A DNA stretch of 63,094 nucleotides, counting the filler, from Octopus bimaculoides (lineage: Eukaryota): assembly GCF_001194135.2 (NCBI RefSeq). It is 3 parts of 2 records of this genome, joined end to end, with 100 filler letters (N's around TTAATTAATTAA, not from the genome) between each part and the next. Parts side by side here need not be neighbours in the genome. Positions count along the whole stretch, not along the records: positions 17,329 to 41,850 come from NC_068982.1; positions 41,951 to 63,094 come from NC_068991.1; 1 more part is not named here. One strand, given 5' to 3'. How positions within the stretch are numbered: position 1 is the stretch's first letter; the number at the start of each line of letters is the position of its first letter. Shown here one piece after another: positions 28,703 through 44,324 of the stretch. The translations under genes were made by a program, and so were the position numbers. Below the pieces are notes generated by a model, which saw only the letters and a program-made list of their open reading frames with translations, ran no database searches and had not been told where the DNA came from.

Positions 28703-31450
28703 TATAACCGGTTTAAGGGGTGGAAGAAAGGTGCTATAACTACAAGAGCTGTTCCTGGAGGCTCGACGATCTGTAATAATGTTGGTGATTTAGTTCATCA
28801 CAATATGCGGCCGTATGGACGCAGTTAATATTGGATAAGATGAGCATCTGTCTTTAGGGTAGAGAATATCTTACATCTAAGATCTTAATGCAGAGAAGTT
28901 CAAAGATGGAAACTCATCGTATTGAATGTTTTTTGGAAGGTAGTATAATTTTTATTCTTGAAATTTATTTTTAACGATCTTATAAATTAAAATTAAAATT
29001 ATTAACTATTAAACACGAATTCAGTTCTGTTTTTAAAATGCTAATATATACATATATGCATGCATGCATACAGACATGGTAGATATCCCCATTATCATAA
29101 ACCGTCCAAACAAGTCGGTAATATGTTACCTTCCAAAGACACAGGGCTTTTTTCTTAAAGCAGTCAACGAAACTACACAAAGAAAGATCTGACCTGGTGG
29201 CCGTATCAGATACAAACAGAAAAAAGAAGGTTTATGCAGTTTTAAAATCTAAAGAATACTTGTGGAGCATTTGAATTAAAACAACTAGCCACTGTAAAGA
29301 CTATAAGTAATATATTCTTCTATGTGACAGGGAAAAAGACCATATAGTGTTGAAGAGCTCAGCTACACGGCAGATGTGAATGTCGCGTCAGAAATTTTGC
29401 ATTCAATATATAGATTTTCTCCTGTACTTATTATGATAGTCTTATGTCTACACCTGGTTAAGTAACATCAACGTTGAATAAAAGTATAGAAATGCTAGAG
29501 TTTACGAAGAAAAAAACATTGCAAACTGATTTACATTCTCCGAGTACAATCGACAGTACAGTGATAAACCTGCAAAACGTTCCTGAGATCCTCTATTTCG
29601 TGTCCGGGGACTAAACACATGAATCCAGTGGCATAAACTTATGGCATACACGCACCGAGACTTATAGTCTAATAAATATAAACACTAATGAAGATTGTCT
29701 CATACGTATGAACGCTAATGAAGATAGTCTAATACATATAAACACTAATGCACCCATGTGCTAAATTGACTCGCACTCCTGTTACATTAACGCAGTTTTA
29801 GACAAATAGTATCAAACAGAAAAAAACAAACCTCAAAAGGTTTCATGACAAAGGCACTTTCTCGGGGTTTCTTTTACGTTAATTAGTAAATATTTGCATG
29901 TATGTACATGTGTGGTAAAGGGCATTTTACTAAGAAAATATTACTTATACAAAAGGACCAAGAGCTCTCCCAATTTTTAAGTGACCTGGTTGAATTCTGC
30001 AAAGGGGAAAAGATAAACATATCCCTGAGATAAAATCACAAACACAGCAACATAACACTTACATGTATAGACACACACACATATATCAGCGAACTTGTCA
30101 CTCTTAGTGTTGTGTGAGACAAGGAAATAATACATAATCAGTCAACACATTTATTATATTTTCAGAATTTTACATTTTATATCCCATTATTGACATCAAT
30201 CAATATGATAGACATCTTTAAATTCGAACCAAATTTGAAATGAGATTTTCACAAGTGACATAGAAGAGAATCATTTGTTTATTGTAATTCAAAACTGACT
30301 TTAATTCTTAATAAGATACTTCGCCTTGTCAATATTCGTTTGTTAAACATTTTCTGGCAACTAATTCTTTAGTTCCTTATTTTAGTTGGAACTGACGAAA
30401 ATATAATCAATAAGTCATTAATACTATCAACTCACTTCACCCTACAATGTTTGCAAAATGCCGACAGGACATAACAAATTTAATCATTATAGATAATAGA
30501 AAAATCGATATTTGAGCATAGCAGTTTAACAATTATCAAAAACTCTGGCCAACGTTAGTGATATAATATATACAGCAGTAATATCTAGTACTGCAACTTT
30601 TACAAACTAAGTAGGTGTTTATACGAATAATAATACTTGCAAGCATAGAACATATCTGGTTATAGTCAATCAAGCATATTTGAAAATGTTTCTGTAAATA
30701 TATCATTTAAACTTTACCAGGTACGGAGTTCATGGTATACGTTTTTGGAAGTAAATTTTAGTTCAGTCTTCTAACTAGCATTATACGCGTTTTGAATTTT
30801 CTAAAAACTTAATATACTCAATGTATTAAATTCTATTAACGTCTACAACACACAATACAAGAAACGTATTTTAATATTCCAAAACTTCCTGAAAAGCTTA
30901 TTGCATTTATACGCGACGAAAATTTACATAGGTTTCTAAGTTCACATCATTTCGTTGGAGCAGATTTTGCAGTAAAAATTTCATTCTATTCACTATAAAT
31001 TTTGATAGTTACATACTCTGAGAATCTCATGATAAATAAGCAATATAACTGCAGGAAATATCCATTGCATCTAATTGGCTGGTTTGTGTATTGTACTAAA
31101 CTTTAAATCTCATTACACATATTATACTGAATCTCATGCCATTGTACATTGAACTGACACCATATTACTTGAAACCCCGGAGTAATGGAAAGAAATCAAT
31201 ATAAGAAACATTTGATATCTATACGTCAAGTTATTTAACCTAATACTAAAATGAACTTCATCTGTCCGCTAATATCTTTCTCATATGCTAATCATGATGA
31301 ATTTAAATATTTTTATATACAGCCTTTTAAATTCTATTAACGAAAAGAAACATCCATCTTTATCCATAGTATACTTTTGATTCATTTCACATACATCTTT
31401 TGTGATACATTAATGGAATTTATCATTGCCCATTGAATGAGAGATTTAAA

Positions 31451-31912
31451 AATAGCCATTGGGTCAAGATTAAAATGGACTTGGTAATAATTTAGGCAAT
31501 AATTCAAGCAAATTTTACTGCGAATTTGTTGTTATAGGTAGATTTTACTGTAATATATAACTAACTTTTGTATTCTTCTATTTATTGTACTAACTAATTA
31601 TGCACTAGTATTATTTTTTATAACTGATTTTCAAATTTCTAATTATTAATAATTAAAAAAAAACATGTTTTAAAATGCGAAAAATATTTTAATTGATTTA
31701 TTTTTTATTTTTAATAGAAGTAACAAGTAATAACAAAGAAGTAATGACTTGTAATAATTTTTTTAGTTTTAATAAAAGCTAATATTTTCTAAATCTAAAT
31801 ATTTTATTTGAAATTTTATCCTTAGCTACAATATTTTAAGTAAATGTAATAACTTGTCCTAAATTTTTCCAAGTGTAATAAATTATCCCATACTTTTCCA
31901 GGTTTATAATCT
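31451..31912 (+). mobile_element. Partial second copy of the foldback-like element at 775-1604
   Basis: Collinear with 1101-1590 (cattgggtcaaga...aggtagattttactgtaatat...cttttccaggtttataatct). Confidence 0.8.
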
Positions 31913-31949
31913 CTTGCACGCATCCTTCCATGTAATGAAGTACGTAAAG

Positions 31950-32616
31950 AGTGTAATGAATAAACTGTCGTCAAAATTACGTAAAAATGAAAATAACACT
32001 GACATTTCATTTTAACTGATATATCTACCAATATTACATAAAACTTTAAATACTAAACAGTAAATTTAATCAATAAAATCGCCATTGGCTTCAACCACAG
32101 CATCCAGACGACTTCGGAATCTCTTGTAACTCTTCTGGACGTTCTCCTTGTTTAAGATCATGAACGCTGATACAATCTTTGCCTTCAGTTGATTTTTTGG
32201 TGTCACAAGAAGATATGTTGGTCTCTCGCTCAACTGCGCTTCACAGATAATAATCAGCGGAGTTGCAGACTGAAAAATTAGGTAGCCAGATGTTAGGAGT
32301 GATGTGGTCGCAGTAATTGTCTAACAGCCATGGCTGGGTTCTCCTGCTTGTGTGGAATGGTGCAGAATCCTGTTGCCAGACATAGGATCCTCGAATAGCC
32401 ATCCTTTTTTGTCCAAGAAGCAGTATCTCCTCCAGTCAATTGATGTAGGCTTCTGTGCTGATTCTGAGGCCGTGTAGAAGGGTGAATGGAGGCATAACGT
32501 CGCCATCACAAGTGATCACTCCAAACACCATGACGTTGACTGGATGTTTGACTTTTATCACTCTCGGTACATGTCCTCAGATTGCACTGTCTTCAGATTG
32601 ACGCCCAAACCCTCTN
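31950..32616 (-). mobile_element. Tc1/mariner DD37D (maT-type) transposase remnant, 5' part in gap
   Basis: KHPVNVMVFGVITCDGDVMPP...WQQDSAPFHTSRRTQPWL...NSADYY, with 37 residues between the 2nd and 3rd Asp; C-terminal RSRLDAVVEANGDFI. In-frame stops. Confidence 0.88.
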
Positions 32617-34700
32617 NNNNNNNNNNNNNNNNNNNNNNNNNNNNNNNNNNNNNNNNNNNNNNNNNNNNNNNNNNNNNNNNNNNNNNNNNNNNNNNNNNNN
32701 NNNNNNNNNNNNNNNNNNNNNNNNNNNNNNNNNNNNNNNNNNNNNNNNNNNNNNNNNNNNNNNNNNNNNNNNNNNNNNNNNNNNNNNNNNNNNNNNNNNN
32801 NNNNNNNNNNNNNNNNNNNNNNNNNNNNNNNNNNNNNNNNNNNNNNNNNNNNNNNNNNNNNNNNNNNNNNNNNNNNNNNNNNNNNNNNNNNNNNNNNNNN
32901 NNNNNNNNNNNNNNNNNNNNNNNNNNNNNNNNNNNNNNNNNNNNNNNNNNNNNNNNNNNNNNNNNNNNNNNNNNTATATATATATATATATATATATATA
33001 TGGGGGGGGGTATGTGTGTGTTTGTGTATGTATACTATATATATGTAAATACACAAACATACATTCTTACATACACTCACACACACTCACACACATTTCC
33101 AAATGGAAATGTATTCTTCGCAATGTAGCAGATCTTGTTGCAACTAATACCGTTAGATATATCAATAGGCGCAATAAAAACTCGTGGTAAAATATTTTAC
33201 TTTTAATTTTGTTTGATTGCTTGCATGCGTGGAACGTTTGCTTTTAATAAGCATTGGTAAATTAAGTTGTTTTTTTGTTTTTTTTCTTATAGTGATTGTT
33301 GAAATGCTCCTATTAAATTATTTGAATACACAAGATTAATAGTTTAATCCAGGAATCCAAATAATTGTAAAGTATTAAAAGTTAGCGCATGAATACAATA
33401 ACACGGAGTAAGCGTGTTATTAGTGTTATGCGCATCATAGCGATTCAATTTTATCGAGCATCAGTATCATATAACATGAACGGATTATTGAATTCATAAC
33501 ACACAGCATAATCGGATGTCTCAAAAACGAACTGTCTCTGTAAAGGATATACATCTTTAGTTGCTTTCTTTCTTTTTAAGAACTTGACAGCATTTGCAAA
33601 GAAGAGCCATTTGCAAGCAGACTGATAAAATATCATCCTCTTAGCTATAAATTATCTTAGAAGACAGTTCTAATGATCATCTGAATATTTACTATTATCA
33701 AGTCTTCTATTTTGATTAGAAAGCATTATTTTTCATTTTCTTGGCGTTTCATTTCATCACATGATTTTATCATAGCCAAAAGCTGCACGATGGTTTTTAC
33801 AAATTATGAATGGAATCTTTTTCATTGTTATTGCTTTGAACATATTTCTTTTTATTATTTCGTCGTTGATCGTAAAACGTGCTTTGCAAGATAGAGCATA
33901 TTTTGTAATAATATTTTGCTATGGATCAGTCATTCCCAAACAAGCATGACCCAGTAAACCTATGTTAAAGACCCTTCTAGTTGTAACCATCTATTTCTCA
34001 ATCGATGATTATGTAGCCTACGCGCAGAGCTACATGTAGAGTCTCTTGTCATGACAAATATTATACAAAATTGTATAAGAATGTTGTACACAATTTATGG
34101 ACTGATGAATCTTATTCTACGAATATATATTAGTAATATACCAATATATGATGTATGGTGTATAATTCTACCACTAAGCACATTTTTCAACCAGCTAATT
34201 CTAATACTAGATACGTCAACAGATTTATTATTTTTTAATTTTTTATTACAGCCAAAGTCCTGAAACTTTGTGAGTAGAGGGCTAATCGATTTCATCGACT
34301 CCAGTACATGACTGACACGCAGTTCATCGACTCCGAAGGGATGAACGGCAAAGTTGACCTCGGCGAAATTTGAACTCAGAACGTAATCACGGTCGAAGTG
34401 ACGTTAAACATTTTGTTCGCTAAGCAACTTGGGTACCTAAGCGATTGGGATGCCTATTCATACAGAACTACCGCAAACAAAAGGAAAGGTTGTCGTACAT
34501 TAACACAGTCTCCTGTAACCCAATTATTGTATTTAAGAACCTGGTGGAGGGTGTCCGTAGCAAGATTTGGAAACTATCTTCGATTCAGTTTAAATTTCGT
34601 TTGATTTACATTAATATTATCAGAGTAATGGCAATTTTACTGAAATTGTTTAGGAGTGTGCATACTTCTGTGAGATACTGTATATGCGTGCATGTTATGC

Positions 34701-34733
<33 letters not shown>

Positions 34734-37700
34734 CGTACGTATGTATGTATGTATGTATATATATATTATATGCATCGGACTTTAAGAGTCGATTTTTCGT
34801 TTATCTGCAGTCTATCTTTTTGCCTTAATGTCTGTCCTTCTTTTTTTCAAAGAAATTGTTTGTGCCCAGGTAAGGAGCTGGACGGAATCAGTTGTATATT
34901 AAAATGTCCAAATGAACCCTCTTACGATTCCACTAAGATGTTGGGGCGTGGATTCAAAGCAACACATGTGCTCGATTACATATGACCATCTATATATTAA
35001 CCTATATTTAGGAAACAATAAATAATGTCTTGTTGTTCACGGTTTGCCACAACTGTAATGTCCTAATTCAATATACACATGATCAGGGATGTTTTGAGAG
35101 TGACAACAATTAAATACACCATGAAGTTTATCAGTTCCCGATGGAATTATATCCTTTACCTACCAATACATAGCTATATCTAGCTCTCAGTTTTCATAAA
35201 CTGCATTGGTATTTACAACATTGTCGATATTTCGGCATATTATGATTGCATATTAGGATCTGAATGAGCCATACACACTTTACTTATACACTAATCTTGG
35301 TCTCAAGGAGTTGACATCAAATTTGAAGCTAGTTACGGAGGAATTACATTTCTCACCTATTTTCAGATAGTACTGTCGATTCAACCCTCGGGTCAATGAC
35401 AAAGGCTTAATATCTTCCAATAATATTTACAATGTGTTAAAGAACGTTACACAAAATGTGCATACAGTTCATAATAAGACAATGCTTTCTGGATAATATG
35501 TAACTTCAATCGATGGGCTTCTATAGAGTTTTCGTGTATACACTTTCATTGAAAACACATAGGTTGATCCGAGGTTCTAATAATCGACATTTACCGGATG
35601 ATGTGCATTTCCTTGGTATGTCGCTCAAATATAAATTTATATATCTCTTGTGTGATTTATCACACATAACCATTTATACATACAGTGATTCAAAGTAGCG
35701 TGTTACTGAACCATTTGCAATCAATATTAAACAGGCTATATTAATATATTCGAAACCAGTACTTCGTAGTTACAAAGGAAATTTGTTAAACATTCTTCCA
35801 TACTGCGCCTATACATTATGAAATAATAATCATAGAAAACTCCAACAACACTCCGTATCACCAAATTAATTCTCCTAGCGTTTCTACTATTGTTATTGGT
35901 ACTCTGAGTTATCACAATGCTTACTACCTTGCTTCATGACTATCTACTTCACGTAATACACTTAATTTTGCATATGGTTAATCATTATTTAGTCCTCCTG
36001 AAAAATCCCAATAAATTTGTTCTCAGGAATACATTTATCTGAATTGCAGTGCTTTGGAAGTACTTACAAATTACAAACTAACTGAATTGGCATTATTAGA
36101 CTATGAAAGTCTTCAAATATTTCGGACGCCGCACTTCTATCTCACAATAACGATTTCTTAAAATACAAAATAATCAAACTAGCACGTCCATCATAATAAA
36201 CGTTGTGAACATACACTTGAACCCAACACTTTACTCACACTCCTTCCTACTCCCATGTAAACATAAACACATAATACATCGCACAAAGTAATGCTTACCC
36301 AGAAATATGCATGTATTTATGTATAATATTTTATATGCAATATAAAATAGCATTATATTCTATATTGTACATATATGCGTGCATGTGCACGTGTGTGTGT
36401 GTGTGTGTGTTTATGTATACACATATATTTATGTATGTGTGTATGTATCTCTGGATAAATGTACAAGTCTGTGTGTAATGCAGCGCAGTGTTTTATAGTA
36501 ACTTGTGTGCTTTTATTCGGAAATCATATTCATTCGATTAACTGAATACGTCAGTACATCTAATATAATTTAAAGGTGGTGTAAGTCAGTTTGAACATTT
36601 ACATTATAACCAGTAAGTAAATATGATAAATTAAGAACTACTTTAAATACTGCTATGTGTGGGCTTCTGCAGAGAAAATAAATTTGTGAAGCACCTAGAA
36701 ACTTAATATCGATATCTATGAACGCAGAAACGACCAGTTTATATACAATATTAATTTCAGAGATAAACAGTTTAACTGATACTGTTACACAGACATTACT
36801 GACAGGATATTCTGCAATCTATTTAACGACGTTATCAACTAATACAATGTCATAAGGGAAGCAAACTAACGCCTTTTTATTCATTCTGTGTAAATCCTGA
36901 GAGATTTCGGTTCAAACAGTGATAAGCACAGCATCACCGGGCCGTATTTAAGTCAGGGAATAAATTAAAAGATACTACCGTCGTAGTATTGATAGGAAAT
37001 TCTTTCCCTCGAGGAATGGTGTTAGCAAGTTGCAATGTGGTTGCATACGTGCTTCAGTAATTTGAATGCGTAAGCTGTCTTAGCTGGTAGCGGGAAAAGG
37101 TGTGCTATGAAAGTACAGCTGCTAGGCTGTCTCAAAACTTGGAAAGATTCCAAACGCATGACTCTGACAGTAACAGAATTATTGTATCATGGGGTGATTG
37201 GAACTGATTGTGAGAATTATATAAAACCATGTAAAGAATAAAAATTGCTTTATTTCTTCGTCTTATTTTGCTTTTTTATGCTTTCTGAAACTTAAGCATT
37301 TTTTATGCAAGGGTAAGAAATATATCTTAAATATAAGAAATATATGTATAGTTACATTAATATTTCTCAGTAGTTATATTGGCCTTTCTACTGATAGAAT
37401 ATAATGCCGTGACTCTAACCTCTTCGAATTATGCAATAATTAGCTTGCACCACGCTTGATGTTTGTCTGTTCCTGTTCTTCTGTGTCATAAATTGCGTGA
37501 TCATATTAATCAAAACAACGTTTCTTATACATAGACTTTTACATGCATGTGCATGTCTCTTATAAACTTAGGCATACCTATATGTGAAGGTATGCTGACA
37601 TAGCACTCGCTTTAGTGTATCTGCACATTTGTACGATTCAACTAACAATAGTTGTTCTCTGTATGAAGAGCAGGGTAAGTTAAATATATATATATATATA

Positions 37701-40111
37701 TATANNNNNNNNNNNNNNNNNNNNNNNNNNNNNNNNNNNNNNNNNNNNNNNNNNTATATACATATAATATATTAAAGGCAATTTCATAAATGTTTAATTT
37801 AATCTCCTTTCCCTTGTTTAATAGAAAGTATACTTAAACAAAAATTTTCACTGATGCGTATATGTATTAATACAAATATTTACCGCCATATTCATTCTTA
37901 ATATTCCTTATTTCTTATAATATACACAGCTTACCACATACTGGGTGTCCATAAGTTTAAGACTTTGAACGTTTATGGCTGTAGTAAAAGTCCTTGTTTC
38001 TAAACAGTTGCAATTCCAAGAATAAATGTTATTTTACGAAATAAATAGAGAAACATTTCATTGTAAAAAACAGTTGGGGCGATGCTAAGGTTGGTAGTTA
38101 TGAATAGGCATATGCGCTTGTTTAGCAAACTCTAAAGCATTTTAACTTGTGAAGGAGAAAGCAGAAACAGTGGATTTGCCTACCTGCTTCACACCTGGTA
38201 AAGCATTTGTGAATGGTAAGCTACCAACCACACAAAAGCTCTGTGTACGATAGTATTGCGTGTTGGAACTGTAGTGTCTTAAATTTCCATAAACATCTCA
38301 CTGCTGTTGAATGTTACAAATTGACCAACATTAGATTATCTTCAGGTCCTGGAGCGAAAAAGAACCTATCTACAAGCCTACAAATATTTGTCAAAGTTTA
38401 TACCGGGAATTGTCATGTAAAATGTATACAAATTGGGAAGAAATGTATTTTTATAAATTAATATACCGAAATATGATTCATGTGAAGGAAAAGTGCAGTG
38501 CAATTATCTTTTGACTACTATGAAGCTGAATCTTTTAAATTGTTAAATATGGTAAGTCCGCTATATTCACGCCATTTGATGATGTTCATGCTAACGTTGA
38601 AGGGAACATTTCAAGTATGGCAAAGAGTGTTTAAATTACTCGTGAATGATCCCTGCGCGTGGAATTTTATGCAAGATTATAAAAGCATTTTAGATATATA
38701 TAGTAATTGTAAATAATTACATGAATTTCGGTTCAGTATAAAAACTATTAGTTTAGTCCATAGAATTCAATGTTTGTTTTAATAATTCTTTACTGTTTTC
38801 ATCTTAAGCACACATAGATTTCTTTGTATTTTGGGACCAATCTAGTCAGTTAACCGGATACTGTTAGTGAAATGTTCCATGAGTTCATTTCTATTAAACA
38901 ATAATGGTGTGAATTTTTCGATAGCGCTAATATAGACTTAGTCAAATGCAGCAAGACTTCCAGATCATGGTTACAATTCTCGTTGACCAGCGAATAGAGA
39001 TAGTGCAGGTTGTTCATAGCATGCTGTAGTCGGGGACAGCTTTGGTATATACACGGTCCACTTCGAGAAGCAAAAGTGACCCGGTTGCTGAAAACTGAGC
39101 CAACTATCAAAGGAAGCTTTCTAGCCCTGGATTTTTTAATTAATTTGTCGGCAATGGACAGATGCAGTTAATAATAATAAATGGCGTATCCTTTTGAAAA
39201 TTTAAACTGAAAGCACCTGGTAAAGTTTGGTGTATATTATGATAGTACTTATCAAAATAGTTGGTTAAATGTTTTGAAGAGGTGTACAGAAAAGGCCTCC
39301 AACATCTTACCGTAGGAATTGCGTTTGCCCATTTGTTCTACGTTATGCCGCCATTAAGAGTGCGTTTTTGTGCTAAGATGCGTGATTTAAAAAAAAACCT
39401 TGCACACTGTTAGATGGGCACATAAATTTGAACCACAGTGTTTCTCTTTCAAACTAATGCTAAGAGCGGCAGGAACCGAGGCGCGCTACCTGTTTCAATA
39501 AAGTTTGACCGGTATTTAAGTGACAGTCGGCTGACTGTGCTACCATGTTCAAGTAAGATGAAAGTAGTTTATTATTGCACACACCTCAGTACACTTAGCT
39601 GAATGTCTGCAACGCATAACTATGTCACAAATTTCGATAACGCCGCTCATTTACAATTTATCCAACAGATTTCCACACTGTCTGTCTACACAATATTACT
39701 CACAAAATTAACGTCTATAGGAGAAGAAAAAATAAAGATGGTAACATGTGTACTACACAGACAAACTGTACTCAACACTTATCAAAAATTGGAACTCTTT
39801 ACCCCTCAACCACTCTGTAGAAGATTATTCACTATCAAAATCAATACAGCCTTAGTGAAATTTGAGAGTAGAGGAGGACCAAAATACTATAATTTTTGAG
39901 GTGCATTTGGTCCACTACCTGTAGTAATTTAATTAGCTTTAAGTGGAACTTTTACTTTTTGAAATATTTAGCAAAAATTTGAATATTTTGTTTTCTCTAC
40001 CCTACTTTAATTTTCCTCGGATTGTGAAAGACACTCTAAGCTCTCCGTAATTTATTTACTGATGACCACTTAATACTCCACATGCTTAACAAACAAAACA
40101 CTTATTATATA

Positions 40112-40963
40112 AGAGGCGGTATCAAAACGTTCCCAGACTAGTTATGTTTAATAAAAAGAAATAGCCTATTTACCAAAGTTTTAACGTTATTTTCTTCGAC
40201 ATAGTCATCATTCACAACAATACATAGGTCCCAGCATTTCTGCCACTTTTGGAATCCGGCCTGGAAGTCGTTTTCCGCAGGCAAGTCGAGGACTTTCTGC
40301 GATTCGCTCTTGATCTCGACAAGAGATCTTTGTGCTGCATTTTCATCATGTGAAAAAGATGGAAGTCCGGTGGTATTAAATCTGACGTATGAGTCGGATG
40401 CAAGAGCGATTGCAAGTTGCTTTTGGCAAGAAACTCACGAATGAGGAGAACTCGGTAATAAGTTGCAATGTCGTTGTACAGAATGCAATTCTTTGCGCTC
40501 CACAGTCCGGTCACTTTCACCGAATGTCCTCTTTCAAACGCTTTAATACGTCATTGATTGTCCTCCGACGATCTTCATGCACAAGTTGATGAATTTCCTC
40601 CACATTTCCTAGGGTGGCACTCGTGGCAGGTAGTCCAGAACGCCCATCGTCTTTCACGGAAGTTCTTCCACTTTTGAAGCGCCCGTGCCACTCCATACAT
40701 TGCCACGTCGCTGTAAACTTGCCGAAACATGAATGTCTTCGTAGCAGACTTCCCAAGTTTAACGCAAAATTTCACGTTGGCGCTTCGTTCCCACTTCCTG
40801 TCCATGACAACAATTGCAGACTACAGCATACACGTGATCACAACTAACGATGTCACTCGACATACTGCCCCGTGAAGGTCACTGCTACTTCTAACTGTGC
40901 GCACAGGTGTGTGCTAACATCTGTTGGCGCACTACAGAATTAGTCCAAGAACTTTTCGATACT
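40112..40963 (-). mobile_element. Internally deleted mariner element with TIRs
   Basis: ERSANVKFCVKLGKSAT...EWHGRFKSGRTSVKDDGRSG.P HTH region and decayed HPxYSPDL motif (HPTHTSDLIPPDFHLF). TIRs gtatcaaaacgttcccagacta / rc gtatcgaaaagttcttggacta. Central catalytic region missing. Confidence 0.9.
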
Positions 40964-41813
40964 AAAAGCTGATTGATTTCCGATACCGACAGCTACTTGC
41001 TTTCCGATACCAGTAGGTACTTGTTTTCTTAAATAATTCTTAAGCAACAATAACAATATACTAGTGTGGTATATATACTATAAACAATTGTTCGATATTT
41101 TCCTTATTACTTATTTATTTTGGAGACTGCACTCTCACGTGGCTGCGATTTAGTGACACTTTCTAGTAGTGGCATAAGGATAAATGAATACATATATTTA
41201 TTCTTTAACACGTAACACGTTTGTCATTTATTCGTGCAAGCATTTGCAAACTTTATATGATGTNNNNNNNNNNNNNNNNNNNNNNNNNNNNNNNNNNNNN
41301 NNNNNNNNNNNNNNNNNNNNNNNNNNNNNNNNNNNNNNNNNNNNNNNNNNNNNNNNNNNNNNNATAGATAGATAGATTCATATACACGCACACATGCAGG
41401 TACACACACACATTTATACAAACATAGAAATAAAGATTTATATATGGCTGTGTATGAGAGTGCAAACTTGTGAGAATATGTGTATATATCTAGTTAAGTA
41501 TATTTATTTTCCCTTGTTTTCATTTCAAAAATATATTCAAATTATAAAGATATTCTAGTATTGAAAACAAACTACTTAGAGAGAATTATAATATTGATTA
41601 CACGTTTGTGTATATATTTTTCAAAATTAATCTATCAATCAATCTTGACGTTAAAAAAAGGGGGTTGATTAAAAATGCATGCGAATACCACACTAAGTTC
41701 AATATTGTTAACTACGTGATCGATAGGTGTTGCTTGCCAATTTCATTTTTCAAGTGGTTAAATTTTTCATATATATTTGTAATGTTCGCAAATTTCTAAT
41801 AAATATAAGTATT

Positions 41814-41850
<37 letters not shown>

Positions 41851-41983
41851 NNNNNNNNNNNNNNNNNNNNNNNNNNNNNNNNNNNNNNNNNNNNTTAATT
41901 AATTAANNNNNNNNNNNNNNNNNNNNNNNNNNNNNNNNNNNNNNNNNNNNGAGAGAGGGAGAGGGGAGAGAGAGATAGTGAGT

Positions 41984-42038
<55 letters not shown>

Positions 42039-42600
42039 TGCATATCCATATATACAAGTACTCACATACGGATAATCAAATCCATTTATTTATTTATTCC
42101 CATATTCCAATATAGATAATATCATATATCGAAAATCAATAGACTTTGCTCAATTGTTAAATTATCATAAACAGATATGCTGCAAAATCTAGAGGTATTA
42201 ACCCATGTTAAATACTGATAAGCTCAGGGCAACTGATATGATATGATATGATATGATATAAAAAAAATTATGCACACGAAAGATAAGCAATATGTCGGAA
42301 AAAGAGTTATAGGAGAATAAGAGGGAATTGAGTAGAGAACAATACATGAAAAAAAAGTGTGGACAGAGAGACTAAAAGGCGAGAGCACAGGGTAAACGAA
42401 TTGTTTGGAAAAGATTTAATGTAACAGCCGATAACAATCATTGGAGATATGGTTGAATAAATAGGTAGATATTCATGCTGTCAAAATGTTCTTGAACTCG
42501 GCAATTGCGACTATCTTAGAGATATGAATTGCGATAATGTGGATTATAGCAACATGAAAGGCGTGGATTATTTTATCATTCGCTTTCAGTAAAACTAGTG

Positions 42601-42639
<39 letters not shown>

Positions 42640-43947
42640 NNNNNNNNNNNNNNNNNNNNNNNNNNNNNNNNNNNNNNNNNNNNNNNNNNNNNNNNNNNNN
42701 NNNNNNNNNNNNNNNNNNNNNNNNNNNNNNNNNNNNNNNNNNNNNNNNNNNNNNNNNNNNNNNNNNNNNNNNNNNNNNNNNNNNNNNNNNNNNNNNNNNN
42801 NNNNNNNNNNNNNNNNNNNNNNNNNNNNNNNNNNNNNNNNNNNNNNNNNNNNNNNNNNNNNNNNNNNNNNNNNNNNNNNNNNNNNNNNNNNNNNNNNNNN
42901 NNNNNNNNNNNNNNNNNNNNNNNNNNNNNNNNNNNNNNNNNNNNNNNNNNNNNNNNNNNNNNNNNNNNNNNNNNNNNNNNNNNNNNNNNNNNNNNNNNNN
43001 NNNNNNNNNNNNNNNNNNNNNNNNNNNNNNNNNNNNNNNNNNNNNNNNNNNNNNNNNNNNNNNNNNNNNNNNNNNNNNNNNNATATATATGTATACGTGT
43101 ATGTGTACATGTATGTGTGTCTGTCTGTCTGTCTGTCTGTCTGTGTATGTGTATAGGTTGGGGCTGTATATAGTTAAGTACGTATGTATGTTATCAGTCA
43201 GTTTTATTTCAAGATATTTTTGCCAGTAGAGAAAGAGCCGGTTTCTAACCTAGATCTACAGCTCCTTAGTTGGAATTTCAACATCAAAGGGTATGTATGT
43301 ATGTATGTATGCATGTGTGCAGATTTTTATGCTTTGTTTTATGTATGTATTCTCATGCATATACTTGCATATCTAGGCATGCTCATATATACTTAAATGA
43401 TAAACTTCTGGGAGGTTTTACAGATTTTTACAGTTCCAGTGATGGATTGGATCTGTAGTCTTCGAATCAGCTTTCTTCTTGAGAAGCCTAATTTCTCAAG
43501 ATTGGTATTTAGGCAGTGTGTTACACACCCCAGTGCCCGAATAATTACGGGTATAAACTTGAACTTGTACTCTGGCTAGAGCAGCTGTGGATTCTTCGAA
43601 TGTATGTATGTATGTATGTATTATATATGTATGTATGTATACGGATGTGTCTCAGTATGTATGTATGTATACGGATGTGTCTCAGTATGTATGTATGCAG
43701 ATTTGTCAGTATATATGTTTGTCCCCAACAGTCGCTCGATAACAGGTGTTAGTTTATTTATGTCCCTCTAAAAGTAGCGGTTCAGCAAATGTGACTGATA
43801 GAATAAGTTCAAGCCTTCAGAAAAATGAATACTTGCGTTGATGTGTTCGACTAAACCCTTCAAAGCACTGCTACAGCATGGCCACACTCCAATAACGGAA
43901 ACAAATAAATTGCTAGAGGTATATGTGTGTGAGTGAATGAGAATGTA

Positions 43948-43978
<31 letters not shown>

Positions 43979-44148
43979 GAAAGAGGGTGTGTGTGTATGC
44001 GTGTATTTGTGTGTCTATGTGTGCGCACCTGTATGTATTTTATATTTAAGTGTTTAATGGTGTATCTGTACCTGTATGTGTACTTCTCTTGTTCTCTGTA
44101 TAAGGATGTATTAGTAAGCCAATGCAATCCAGATATATGCGTTTACAA

Positions 44149-44201
<53 letters not shown>

Positions 44202-44287
44202 GAAAAAAAGGAGAGAGAGAGAGAGAGAGGGACTGGCAGACAGACAGACAGGCTGGCAGGCAGTCATATAGAGAGGCAGACAGAAGG

Positions 44288-44324
<37 letters not shown>

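Noticed and set aside
39545-39558. ACCATGTTCAA|GTAAGA possible start exon
   Set aside because: Too short to support alone, and no compatible downstream exon was identified.
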